This document shows positions 9,850 through 19,695 of a stretch of 64,000 bases of DNA, one piece after another. How positions within the stretch are numbered: position 1 is the stretch's first letter; each line of letters begins with the position of its first letter. The notes under the pieces were generated by a model, which searched no databases, was not told the DNA's origin, and worked only from the letters and a program-made list of their open reading frames with translations. Origin of the DNA: Promethearchaeia archaeon (GTDB lineage: Archaea; Asgardarchaeota; Lokiarchaeia; Sigyniarchaeales; SOKP01); the NCBI GenBank assembly GCA_029856125.1, contig JAHQWJ010000141.1:1-64000 (forward strand), written 5' to 3'. A program made the position numbers and the translations under genes.

Positions 9850-11034
9850 TTGATTTTAACATCTAGTTATGAAGAATTAAAGAATTTAGTAAAAAACAAG
9901 AAATTTCCTCTGGCGATATGTGATCTTGATGCTTTCAATCAGAATCTAGAAAAAGTTGGTAAATTTCTTAGAACAACAAAGAAGAGTTTACGATTATGTA
10001 CTAAATCTGTCAGAGTTCCTGAACTGGTAAATAAAGTTGAAAAAGAAGATTTTGTTAACGGTATCTTTACCTACAACTCAGCAGAAGCTTTATTCTATGC
10101 AGAAAAATATAGAATTAAAGACATCTTGATGGGTTATCCCACAATGTCTAAGATCGATGTCGAAGAATTATGTCAAGCTGCAAAAATAGATGATGTAAGG
10201 ATTTCAGTGATGGTAGATGATACCAAGCAGATTGATCTTTTAGATGAATTAGCGGTTAGGAATAGCGTTGAATTTGATATTTTAATTGAAATAGATGTTG
10301 CTGACAAATTATTTGGAAGAAATGTTGGCGTTTTAAGAAGTCCGATAAGGGAACCTGAAGTTGTAGTAAGTCTTGCACGATTTATCAATAAAAAATCTCA
10401 GTTGCATTTTCTAGGGATTATGGGTTATGAAGCTCAGAACGCGAGTATAGGAGATGACAAAATGTTGTTTAGATATGCGAAGAGGAGATCAAGGAAAAAA
10501 GTTAATATATGGCGTCAAAATACTGTAGATGCCCTCATTACTGCTGGATTTCAACCAGAAGTTGTAAATGGAGGAGGTTCAGGATGCTTTCAAGAAACAG
10601 CTACCGAGCCCTCTATAACTGAAATAGGTATAGGATCATTACTTTTTAAATCGCATATTTTTGACTCAATTAATTCTTTAAACGAGTTCCTACCATCTAT
10701 GTTTTTTGTTCTACAAATTGTTAGAAAACCGCGAATAAATATTGCCACTGCTTTTTCAGGAGGGTACGTGAGCTCTGGAAGCGTGAGAGCATTACCTATG
10801 TCGGTTATTCCAAAAAATTTGAAGATATCTAAAGACGAAGGTTTTGGCGAAGTTCAAACACCCTTTATTTTTGATCCAAAGCAACTTGAACTTAACCTTG
10901 GAGACCCCGTATTTTGTAGGTTTGGAAAAGCGGGGGAGCCCTTAGAACACTTCAATGAAGTATTGATTTATAGTAAAGGTGAACTAATAGATAGATATAA
11001 AACGTACCGTGGACACGGCAAAAGATTTTCTTAA
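9850..11034 (+). CDS. Fold-type III PLP enzyme (alanine racemase/DSD1-like amino acid aldolase or deaminase)
   Basis: DLDAF..N, RLCTKSVR (PLP lysine), GIMGYEA, NGGGSG, EIGIGS, EGFGEVQTP, TYRG. Confidence 0.8.
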   Translation: MILTSSYEELKNLVKNKKFPLAICDLDAFNQNLEKVGKFLRTTKKSLRLCTKSVRVPELVNKVEKEDFVNGIFTYNSAEALFYAEKYRIKDILMGYPTMSKIDVEELCQAAKIDDVRISVMVDDTKQIDLLDELAVRNSVEFDILIEIDVADKLFGRNVGVLRSPIREPEVVVSLARFINKKSQLHFLGIMGYEAQNASIGDDKMLFRYAKRRSRKKVNIWRQNTVDALITAGFQPEVVNGGGSGCFQETATEPSITEIGIGSLLFKSHIFDSINSLNEFLPSMFFVLQIVRKPRINIATAFSGGYVSSGSVRALPMSVIPKNLKISKDEGFGEVQTPFIFDPKQLELNLGDPVFCRFGKAGEPLEHFNEVLIYSKGELIDRYKTYRGHGKRFS

Positions 11035-11080
11035 TAAAATTAAAGCGGTTCAGAAAAAAAATAAAATTAGAAATTATTAT

Positions 11081-12916
11081 TTAATATAAGTCCTTAGTAG
11101 CGAAATCTAGATCAAGTTCAATTAAAGTTTCTTTGAGAGGGTACCCATTCTCAGGATTCCAACCCATTTTTGAACAATATCCTTTATAGTCTTCTAAATA
11201 ATCAACTGTTACGGTTCGTTCTGGAAGTCTATTTTTGATAATATCAATTCCTTCACGTAATGTGAACGCTTGCCTTAACGTTTGAATTCGGCGTCCAGTC
11301 TTAATGGCTTCTTCAATAGTTAAATCCCATCCAACAACTGCTTTAATTAATTCTAATAAAGGATATTTCTGAAAAACATACGCAAATTCGCATAGTCCGA
11401 TGCTATGAGTAAATTGCATAATAGCTGTGAAAAGTTTTTCAGCCTCGCTCCTATCGTCTCCTGGACGTTTAAATTTTCTTGGAAGCGTTATTCCCTCAAA
11501 TAAACCATTGGGTTTAATTATTGGCCCCATTACGAAGAAATCTAAACTTGCTGTTGTGTGCCTACCTGGTGTTGGATCGAAAGCCATAGTAGTCCCCATA
11601 TTTTTATAATATTTTGGTGAATGCATGCCCAATTCTTGACCCATTGAATGCATTGCATATTCTGAACCCTTACCAAGTTTTTCTGCAGCAATTTTAGAGC
11701 CGTCTGCCAGTAAATCACCAATTCCTTCCCTATTTATCATTTTATTTAATAACGTAAGTATAGCTTCTGAATTTCCCCAAGTCAATTCGAGTCCGTCAGT
11801 ATCGTCCTTAGAAATTAAATTATTTTCGTAGCATTCGATTGCAAATGCAATAGTCGCCCCAGCAGAAATTGTATCAATTCCAGCTCGATTACACAAATCG
11901 TTCGCCTTAAATATTGACATGAGATCGTCGTTGAGTAAGAGATGCCCAAAACTAGCACAAGTTTCATACTCTGGTCTATGAGTTTCTTCTAAATCCACTT
12001 CTGGAACTTTCATGATTGCCCCACAACGAACGGGACATGAGAAGCATCCATATGGTTTTTGTTTATACTTATCTATTTCAACGCCTGTTATTTTAGATAA
12101 TTTCTCAGGGGGAAAATCTTCTTTTGTTCCTCCCCAATTCTTGCAGGGAGTATCTCCTATTTGAAATAAAATTTCATTTCCCATTGTAGTTCCTAATGTC
12201 CTATACCCCTCAATTCCACCTACAGTTGTGTTGTTTATACCTTCGTTATATTCCTTGGTATGTTGGATAAGAGCGTTGTTATCTGCAATTTCGATCTTTT
12301 TTGCTCCTTTGAGAACAATTGCTTTAAGTTTTTTAGAACCCATAATCGCACCAAATCCAGATCTACCAGCAATTCTAGCTTTGTCATTAACAATTCCAGA
12401 AATTAAACTTAATTTTTCACCAGATTGACCAATGCTAGCAATTTGAACTCTCCCATATTTATCTTTTAGTTTATCTTCGGTTTGAACAGCATCCAAACCC
12501 CATAAGTCCGAAGCGTCTAAAATTTGCTTATCGCCTTCTATAATTGTTATATATTTTGGACTTTCTGCCATTCCTTTAATCAGAATTGCATCATACCCGC
12601 ACTTTTTTATTTCTGGACCAAAATAGCCTCCACAATTTGAATCACCCCATGTTTTTGTTAGCGGAGATTTCCCTGCGACCATGAAACGGCCTGTTAATGG
12701 TGCAACTGTACCAGTTAATAGTCCGGGAAAAAATCCGAATACAGATTCGGGACCGAGAGCATCTGTTTTTGGGGGCATGCTTTCATATATGAGTTTGGCT
12801 GCTAAACCAAATCCTCCGATGTATTGACGATAAATTTGTTCTGATAGTTCTTCTTCTTTAAATGTTTCACTAGTAAGATCTACCCATAAAATTTTACCAA
12901 AAAATCCGTTTGACAA
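11081..12916 (-). CDS. aor: Tungsten-dependent aldehyde:ferredoxin oxidoreductase family protein
   Basis: KILWVDL, KSPLT..GDSNCGG, GRSGFGAIMGSKKLKAI, CFSCPVRC, PEYET, GIDTIS, REGIGDLLADG. Confidence 0.93.
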   Translation of the reverse strand: MSNGFFGKILWVDLTSETFKEEELSEQIYRQYIGGFGLAAKLIYESMPPKTDALGPESVFGFFPGLLTGTVAPLTGRFMVAGKSPLTKTWGDSNCGGYFGPEIKKCGYDAILIKGMAESPKYITIIEGDKQILDASDLWGLDAVQTEDKLKDKYGRVQIASIGQSGEKLSLISGIVNDKARIAGRSGFGAIMGSKKLKAIVLKGAKKIEIADNNALIQHTKEYNEGINNTTVGGIEGYRTLGTTMGNEILFQIGDTPCKNWGGTKEDFPPEKLSKITGVEIDKYKQKPYGCFSCPVRCGAIMKVPEVDLEETHRPEYETCASFGHLLLNDDLMSIFKANDLCNRAGIDTISAGATIAFAIECYENNLISKDDTDGLELTWGNSEAILTLLNKMINREGIGDLLADGSKIAAEKLGKGSEYAMHSMGQELGMHSPKYYKNMGTTMAFDPTPGRHTTASLDFFVMGPIIKPNGLFEGITLPRKFKRPGDDRSEAEKLFTAIMQFTHSIGLCEFAYVFQKYPLLELIKAVVGWDLTIEEAIKTGRRIQTLRQAFTLREGIDIIKNRLPERTVTVDYLEDYKGYCSKMGWNPENGYPLKETLIELDLDFATKDLY

Positions 12917-13039
12917 CTTTATTTAACTCCTATGCTTTAATTTCTATAAATACCTTTTATGTGTATTTATTAAATAATTAAATGTTTAGAATGTTTAAAA
13001 AGATTATAAACGAGAAAATTATAAAATAGCTAACAAATC

Positions 13040-13330
13040 ATGTCTAAACATATAAATAATTTTATTATTATGCATCCAGATGATAATTGTGTTACTGCTC
13101 TTGAAGATATATTAAAAGGTTCACAAATTCAAATAAGAGAAAGTTCCATTGTCATTAACCAAAATATACCCTTAGGGCATAAAATCGCTTTAGAAGATAT
13201 TAGAAAAGGCGATTTGGTTAAAAAATATGGCCATTCTATAGGAATTACTACAGAAGATGTAAATCAAGGAGATTGGATACATATTCATAACCTTACAAGT
13301 CAGTATCTCAAGGAGGTAATGAAAATATGA
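13040..13330 (+). CDS. UxaA/SuyA-like SAF-domain small subunit of a dehydratase
   Basis: HPDDNCVTAL, IPLGHKIAL, VKKYG, WIHIHNL; overlaps the next gene (ATGA). Confidence 0.88.
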   Translation: MSKHINNFIIMHPDDNCVTALEDILKGSQIQIRESSIVINQNIPLGHKIALEDIRKGDLVKKYGHSIGITTEDVNQGDWIHIHNLTSQYLKEVMKI

Positions 13331-14514
13331 TTGAAGAATTTATGGGATATCAACGACCGAATGGAGAAGTTGGAATTAGAAATAAAATTGCAATAATTTC
13401 ATCTGTTGTATGCGTAAATCACGTAGTTCAGCAGATCGCTAGTAAAGTTAAGGATGCAGTGCCTATTACCCATCCTCTAGGATGTGGTCAATTTGGACCT
13501 GATTATAGCAACACTTTGAATACTTTAATCGGTTTAGGAAAGAATCCTAATGTGTTCGGAGTTGTAGTTGTTGGGTTAGGATGTGAAAATATTAGTAGTA
13601 GGTTATTAGCTAAAAATATCATAAAATCAAAAAAGCCAGTTGAATTTTTTGATTTACAAGACATTAAAGGAGGATCACCAGCTGCAATAGAAAAAGGTAT
13701 TATCCTCGGGAATAGAATTTCTGAGGAAGCAAGAGAATTGAAAAGAGAACCATTTGATTTCTCCCACATCGTTTTAGGATTAGAATGTGGAGGATCAGAT
13801 TCAATTTCAGGGATATCAGCAAATCCAGCTTTAGGTATTATATCTGATAGAATTGTTCAATTTGGAGGGACTTCTATTTTAGCAGAATTTACGGAGTGGA
13901 TTGGCACTGAACATTTATTAATTAAACGAGCAATTGATAAAAGTGTTGCAGAACAAATACATGAGTTACTCTCCGGTTTTTTAGAAAATCTAAAAAATTT
14001 AGGCATTAATTTTCTTGGAGTACAACCCACACCGGGGAACATTCAAGGCGGTTTAACAACGATAGAAGAAAAAAGTTTAGGTTCCATAGCAAAAGCGGGA
14101 AAATCTCCTATCCAGGGTTTAATTCAATATACAGAAAAACCTAAAGGGAAAGGGTTGTGGTTAATGATCGAACCAAGTTTGGATGTTGAATCTATGACGG
14201 GATTAGCTGGAGTAGGAGCAAATATTATTGCCATGACGACAGGAAGGGGTAGTCCTTGTGGAAATCCTGTGGCTCCCGTGATAAAATTATGCGGGAATCC
14301 AAAAACTTGTGAATGGATGGCAGAAAACATTGATGTTGATGTTAGTTCAATTATTAAAGGAGAAAATTCCGTGGAGGAACTTGCTGAAGTTCTGTGGTTA
14401 AGAATGAAAAAGGTATTGAACGGTGAAAAAACTCAAGCAGAAAAATTAGGTTTTAACGATATAGCGATTTGGAGAAATACAGCAGCACCGTTTCAATACA
14501 TGCATTGTAAATAA
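13327..14514 (+). CDS. UxaA/GarD/SuyB-family dehydratase large subunit
   Basis: GYQRPNGEVGIRN, SVVC, HPLGC, GLGCE, LECGGSD, PGNIQGGLTTIEEKSLG, TTGRG. Confidence 0.92.
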   Translation: MIEEFMGYQRPNGEVGIRNKIAIISSVVCVNHVVQQIASKVKDAVPITHPLGCGQFGPDYSNTLNTLIGLGKNPNVFGVVVVGLGCENISSRLLAKNIIKSKKPVEFFDLQDIKGGSPAAIEKGIILGNRISEEARELKREPFDFSHIVLGLECGGSDSISGISANPALGIISDRIVQFGGTSILAEFTEWIGTEHLLIKRAIDKSVAEQIHELLSGFLENLKNLGINFLGVQPTPGNIQGGLTTIEEKSLGSIAKAGKSPIQGLIQYTEKPKGKGLWLMIEPSLDVESMTGLAGVGANIIAMTTGRGSPCGNPVAPVIKLCGNPKTCEWMAENIDVDVSSIIKGENSVEELAEVLWLRMKKVLNGEKTQAEKLGFNDIAIWRNTAAPFQYMHCK

Positions 14515-14526
14515 AAATGGGGTAAC

Positions 14527-15831
14527 TTATAAAAACGGATTCTTATCTCTGAGTATTTTTTCTTTATATTCTTTTAAAGAAGGAGGACAAAGCTCTTTTT
14601 CAGTAGCTTCTTTTTTAAGTGTTTTCATAATTTCTGCTAAATCAACTCCTACTGGACACCAGTTAGTGCAATTTTCGCAACCTGTACATAAGAATAAACC
14701 ATCTTTAACAGCAGCTTCGATTCCATTATGAATGTAATCCCGAACGATATTTATTGCTCCAATACCGTATTTTGATGCGTATATATTACCAAATGCTCGA
14801 GAAGCTGTGCATACATAATCACAACTTTTACATGCGATACATTTTAAAATATCTTTATAAAATAGATTTTCTTTTGCTGCTTTAATTCTCCAGTCATCTA
14901 CTAGTATTATAACTACTTCTTTCGCACCATACATCCCAAACACGCGCTTTCCTTGAATATCGGAAGTATTTGATGCCGCGGATATAAAACTAATATAAGC
15001 TCCATCTACATTATTTATTCTCTCTTGTAATTTGGCTACAATTAGAGCATCAAAAACATTTGGAACGATTTTTTGTATTCCTACTACAACGATATGTTTC
15101 TCAGTCGCCCTAGTTAAAAGACTAATATTTCCTTCGTTTTCAATTAGAACGATAGAACCATCATTTGCAGCAATTACATTAGCCGATGTAAGAGAAACAT
15201 TAACATCGTTAAGTAATTCGGGACGATAATTCTTTCGGTAATATGCTACTATTGCTTCTGCTTTCGCTTCTATATCTATTCCATGTTTTTCCTTTATTTT
15301 TGCGGCGATTTCTTTTTCAGTAAATTGTACTCCAGGAGCTAAAGTGAAACTTGGATATTTATAATCAAATAATTGACATAGAACGTCGCCTAAATCCGTT
15401 TCTTTAATTTCTATATTATTTTTCTTCAAAACATCAATTAGTCCAATATCTTTAGCTTCCAAGGATTTTGATTTATATAATATTTTATTATCCCCTAATT
15501 CTTCCATAAAGATTTTTTGGGCTTCTTCGTTTGTTTTGGCGTAATAAACCTTAAATTTGTTAGTCTTACTCATGACATTTATACACTTTTCCACGTATTC
15601 CTCAATATTTTCGATGAAATCCTCACGCATTTTAGTAAGTTGCTCTTTGTGTTCTTCTACAAATTCTCTACTAGTATCTTCGTAAAGATATCGTAAATCG
15701 AAGGAACGATACTTGCCTAAGCTAGCTATCTTCCAAATATCTCCAAATTTGCTGTAAACAGAATCTTTATCGTTTAATTGTTCTATTTTTTCTTTTACTT
15801 TTTCATATAGCTCCTTTCCTTTCTTATTCAT
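14527..15831 (-). CDS. LUD-domain Fe-S protein (LutB/LldF-like)
   Basis: KSKS, ETDLG, SANVIAA.DGS...ENEGN, VVGIQKIVP, TSDIQ...GMYG; CIACKSC and CTGCENCTNWCP. Confidence 0.88.
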   Translation of the reverse strand: MNKKGKELYEKVKEKIEQLNDKDSVYSKFGDIWKIASLGKYRSFDLRYLYEDTSREFVEEHKEQLTKMREDFIENIEEYVEKCINVMSKTNKFKVYYAKTNEEAQKIFMEELGDNKILYKSKSLEAKDIGLIDVLKKNNIEIKETDLGDVLCQLFDYKYPSFTLAPGVQFTEKEIAAKIKEKHGIDIEAKAEAIVAYYRKNYRPELLNDVNVSLTSANVIAANDGSIVLIENEGNISLLTRATEKHIVVVGIQKIVPNVFDALIVAKLQERINNVDGAYISFISAASNTSDIQGKRVFGMYGAKEVVIILVDDWRIKAAKENLFYKDILKCIACKSCDYVCTASRAFGNIYASKYGIGAINIVRDYIHNGIEAAVKDGLFLCTGCENCTNWCPVGVDLAEIMKTLKKEATEKELCPPSLKEYKEKILRDKNPFL

Positions 15832-16565
15832 ATTAATGGGTCCTCCTGATTCATTATTTTGATTATAAAATCCTCAAATTTAATTACAGGTTTCTTAATA
15901 TTATTTTCTTCTCGTATTCTTCGTAAAGCGGTATAACAAAATGGACAAGCTGTCAACATAGCTTTTCCTTTCCTCATTTGATTAAAAATCGTTTTAGCGT
16001 TGTAATCGCTATTTTCTTTAAAAGTAGCATAGACCCCTCCACCAGCCCCACAACAAATGCTATTCATTCTAGTATTTTCCATTTCAAATAATTCTATGTT
16101 CTCTATAGAGTTGATGATTTCTCTTGGTTCTTCGATAATTGGTGGAATCGCATTTCGCAGATGGCAAGCGTCGTGATAATTGACAGTTAATTTTTTTCCA
16201 GAATGTTTTAAATTCAACTTTTTTAAATTTTTAGGTATAGCCATGAATTGTAAGAGGTGTTTAACTTCAATATTGAAATCAGAACCCAAATATTGTTTAT
16301 AATATCGAGTTAGGTAATTATAACAACCTGCACAAATTGTAACAATTTTAGAAACATCATTTGAATTAAACCAATTATTTACAAATTCTACATGTTTCTT
16401 TAATTCTTCGTCGTTGGCTATGTGATAAGATAACGCACCGCAACAAGGGACGCCATCGAGGATTTCGTATTCATCGTCTAAGAATTTAATAATCTTTATT
16501 CCATTTTCGCAAGTTTCTTTATATTTAGAGCTTGATAAACACCCTAAATAAATTAATTTTCTCAT
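15828..16565 (-). CDS. CCG-domain Fe-S protein (LutA/GlpC/HdrD-like)
   Basis: YLGC, PCCG, TICAGC, YHDACHL, CCGAGGG, TACPFC. Confidence 0.9.
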   Translation of the reverse strand: MRKLIYLGCLSSSKYKETCENGIKIIKFLDDEYEILDGVPCCGALSYHIANDEELKKHVEFVNNWFNSNDVSKIVTICAGCYNYLTRYYKQYLGSDFNIEVKHLLQFMAIPKNLKKLNLKHSGKKLTVNYHDACHLRNAIPPIIEEPREIINSIENIELFEMENTRMNSICCGAGGGVYATFKENSDYNAKTIFNQMRKGKAMLTACPFCYTALRRIREENNIKKPVIKFEDFIIKIMNQEDPLI

Positions 16566-16711
16566 AATTTAATTAACTTTTTAGTTTAAATTAAGATTTG
16601 ATGTTATTTTATTTAAGAATAATTGGAGAAAGACTTAAAATAAATTAAATTGAAATATATAACGATAAAAAGATATAATTAGATATTAGAAAAAAACTGA
16701 GATGGTTCAAT

Positions 16712-16990
16712 ATTCCAAAATTATTAGAAAACAAAGAGAAGAATTTTTCGCTATTCCTAAATAAAAATAGGTGTGGAGGTTGCCAAGCTTGCGTATATGT
16801 GTGTCCAACGGGAATTTTAGAAATGGGAAACGAATTAAATATGAGAATAGCGTATACTCCCCAGGTTAAAGAAGGAAAAGCAAAGTATTGCACAGCATGT
16901 AAAAGATGCGAATATGGATGCCCAGATTGGTGTATTTATATTTTGAATGAATCAGATAATGAAAGTACTGCAAAAAAGGCAGAGGTTTAA
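16712..16990 (+). CDS. 2[4Fe-4S] ferredoxin, delta subunit of 2-oxoacid:ferredoxin oxidoreductase (start uncertain)
   Basis: The frame of ORF 16799 is open back to 16679 and contains the first motif CGGCQACVYVCP; second motif CTACKRCEYGCPD. No ATG/GTG/TTG precedes the first motif; ATT at 16712 is a guess. Confidence 0.8.
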   Translation: MPKLLENKEKNFSLFLNKNRCGGCQACVYVCPTGILEMGNELNMRIAYTPQVKEGKAKYCTACKRCEYGCPDWCIYILNESDNESTAKKAEV

Positions 16991-17003
16991 CGAGGTTAGA
17001 AAA

Positions 17004-18173
17004 ATGGATATAGGAAATAACAAAAGATTCTTACCAGAAGGTAAATATTTAATGATGGGAAACATAGCAATGTCAGAAGGTGCTCTCGCTGCGGGATTGA
17101 AATTCTTTGGAGGATACCCTATCACTCCCAGCACGGAAGTTATTGAGCACCTTGCTGTGAGATTACCACAAATTGGCGGAGTATGTATGCAAATGGAAGA
17201 CGAATTAGCATCGATTAATGCTGTGATTGGGGCTTCTTTAGTCGGAAGCAAAGCTATGACAGCAACCTCGGGTCCTGGGATTTCTTTAATGACTGAAACC
17301 ATCTCAATGGCTGCAAACCTAGAAGTACCATTTGTATTCTGTGATGTACAGCGTAATGGTCCGGGAACGGGGTTTGTAACTGAACCACATCATAACGATA
17401 TAGGGCTAATGCGGTTTGCTGGAAACGGCGAGTTTCAAGTGATAACATTAGCGCCTATGAGTTGTCAAGAATTATATGATTTAACTATTACTGCTTTTAA
17501 TTTTGCTGAGATTTATCGTTGCCCTGTATTTATTATGTCAGATGCTTATCTAGGACACATTCACGAAGTGGTAACCATACCCTCAAAGGAAGAAATATTA
17601 AAGAAAGTAATTGACCGGGAAATACCCGATGAAATGACTAAAAAATTCTCCTATAAAGATGATACTACAGGAAATTATGTTATCCCCAAACCACCAATTA
17701 TGGGTACAGATTACTGTCCAGGCATGTTTCTCTCTCAACCTCATAGCTCTGAAGGAATGCCCACGCCTAAACCCCAATTATTCACTGAAATGATGATTAA
17801 AAAAATTACTAGCAACATAGATAAAATTTCTCTTACCGAATCGTACAAACTAGAAGACGCAGAGGTAATTATAATAGCTTATGGCTTACCAGTCAGAGCA
17901 AGTTATCGCGCGGTTGATATAGCTCGGAAAGAAGGAATAAAAGTTGGTATTTTTAGGTTGATAACAATTTGGCCTTTTCCAGACGAAAAAGTTAAAGAAA
18001 CGGTTAAAGATGCAAAAGTGGTTATCGTTCCAGAATTAAATTACACGGGAGTTATAGCAGAACAAGTCGAACGGGTTACCGACCTTAAGACGCCTGTAAT
18101 TCGAATTCCTAATGTATGCGAAATTCATCATCCACATGATATTTTAAAAGTTATAAAAGAGGTGGCTAAATAA
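17004..18173 (+). CDS. 2-oxoacid:ferredoxin oxidoreductase alpha subunit (KorA/VorA-like)
   Basis: GNIA, GYPITPSTE, MEDELAS, TATSGPG, DVQRNGPGTG; ATG 17004 has GAGGT upstream. Confidence 0.93.
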   Translation: MDIGNNKRFLPEGKYLMMGNIAMSEGALAAGLKFFGGYPITPSTEVIEHLAVRLPQIGGVCMQMEDELASINAVIGASLVGSKAMTATSGPGISLMTETISMAANLEVPFVFCDVQRNGPGTGFVTEPHHNDIGLMRFAGNGEFQVITLAPMSCQELYDLTITAFNFAEIYRCPVFIMSDAYLGHIHEVVTIPSKEEILKKVIDREIPDEMTKKFSYKDDTTGNYVIPKPPIMGTDYCPGMFLSQPHSSEGMPTPKPQLFTEMMIKKITSNIDKISLTESYKLEDAEVIIIAYGLPVRASYRAVDIARKEGIKVGIFRLITIWPFPDEKVKETVKDAKVVIVPELNYTGVIAEQVERVTDLKTPVIRIPNVCEIHHPHDILKVIKEVAK

Positions 18174-19090
18174 TGTCGGGAATAGGACCTTTATATCCAA
18201 ACGAGAAACCAGAGAATCCGTATGTTTTAGTATCATATGCTGGACACTTATTAGGGAACTATTCGTCTAGATTATGTGCTGGTTGTGGATATGGAATCAT
18301 CGGACATATTTTTACCCGACTATTTGAAGACGAAAAACTTGATCCAAAACTATATCCACTAGTTCTTGGTATAGGGTGTTATTCTCAAATGCTATTAACA
18401 GTACACTACGCAACCCAAAAAGTTTTATCTCTCCACGGCCGCGCTCCTGCTTTAGCGACAGGTATGAAAATGGCAAATCCTCTAATGAAACCAATAATTT
18501 TTACTGGCGATGGTGATTGTTTGGGTATTGGAGGTAATCATTTTATACACACGTGCCGTCGAAATTTAGATTGTATTATTTTAATTTTCAACAATAGCAT
18601 TTACGCAATGACTGGTGGACAGGGTGCTCCTACAACATTATTTGGTGCTAAAAGTACAACGACACCATATAAAATGTTTGAAAATAGGAGCGACGGAGTC
18701 AAACTTGCTTTGGCTGCGGGAGCTACTTATGTAGCACGAACAACAGTTGCTCATCCACGCACTTTTATGAAGTATTTTAGAAAGGCACTGAAACATAAGG
18801 GAACCTCTGTAATAGAATTAATTACGCCTTGTGTTACTTACTTCGGGAGAAAAAATTTAAATAACCTTGGAGCAGAAAACTTAGGATTAAAAGGAGAGAA
18901 GATGGACACAGCAGGTAAAATGATAGATTGGATAAAAAGAAATAGTGTTAGAGAAAACCAAGCCAAGTTCATGAACGAAGAAGAATTGTTTAACAAATAT
19001 GTTATTGGAGAATTTAGATACGCACCAGATAAACCCGAGTATTCCGAAGAATACGCTAAAATACAAAAAATAGCTAGAGGAGGTAGTTGA
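18173..19090 (+). CDS. 2-oxoacid:ferredoxin oxidoreductase beta subunit (TPP-binding)
   Basis: CAGCG, GIGC, HGRA, GDGD...GGNH, NNSIYAMTGGQ, PC. Confidence 0.94.
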   Translation: MSGIGPLYPNEKPENPYVLVSYAGHLLGNYSSRLCAGCGYGIIGHIFTRLFEDEKLDPKLYPLVLGIGCYSQMLLTVHYATQKVLSLHGRAPALATGMKMANPLMKPIIFTGDGDCLGIGGNHFIHTCRRNLDCIILIFNNSIYAMTGGQGAPTTLFGAKSTTTPYKMFENRSDGVKLALAAGATYVARTTVAHPRTFMKYFRKALKHKGTSVIELITPCVTYFGRKNLNNLGAENLGLKGEKMDTAGKMIDWIKRNSVRENQAKFMNEEELFNKYVIGEFRYAPDKPEYSEEYAKIQKIARGGS

Positions 19091-19094
19091 AATC

Positions 19095-19694
19095 GTGTCT
19101 CGATATGAATTTCGCGTAAGTGGGTTTGGTGGACAAGGGGTTATAACTCTTAGTAAAATGATAATAATGGCAAGCTCAATCTATGAGGGTCTTGCTGCTA
19201 CGCAAACCGAAGCCTATTCCGCAGCTGCAAGAGGAGGAAAATGCTGGGCAGAAGTAGTTGTTGACTTAGATAAAAAAATAGAGTTTATAGACTACCCTAA
19301 AGCTTTAAAGCCCTACGATTTTTTAATCGTCTTATCAGAAGAATCTGCTAATGGTGTTAAGGTTGATTTTGTAAAGGATGAGGAAAACACAGGATTTTTA
19401 ATATGGGACTCATCTACAATTAAAAAATTCAGAGTAGCAAAAAAAATTACTAAGGTTTTGGGTATTCCAATTCAAAAAATAGCAGTCGAAAAGTTCGGGA
19501 ATATTGTTTTTGGAAACTCAATTTTGTTTGGTATCTTTACGATACTTTCAGGAATCTTCTCCGAAGAATCTGCTTTAGAAACTCTTAAGAAATTTGTTCC
19601 GAATTCTACTTTAGATAAAAATTTAGAAGCCTTTGAATTAGGGAAACAAGAAGCAATGAATTTTTTAGTACAAATAAAGGAGGTGAACGAGTAG
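19095..19694 (+). CDS. 2-oxoacid:ferredoxin oxidoreductase gamma subunit
   Basis: SGFGGQGV, YSAAARGG, NLEAFELG; GTG start. Confidence 0.93.
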   Translation: MSRYEFRVSGFGGQGVITLSKMIIMASSIYEGLAATQTEAYSAAARGGKCWAEVVVDLDKKIEFIDYPKALKPYDFLIVLSEESANGVKVDFVKDEENTGFLIWDSSTIKKFRVAKKITKVLGIPIQKIAVEKFGNIVFGNSILFGIFTILSGIFSEESALETLKKFVPNSTLDKNLEAFELGKQEAMNFLVQIKEVNE

Positions 19695-19695
19695 A

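Noticed and set aside
16947-17003. N-terminal extension of the OFOR alpha ORF
   Set aside because: Overlaps the ferredoxin gene; ATG 17004 has a ribosome-binding motif.
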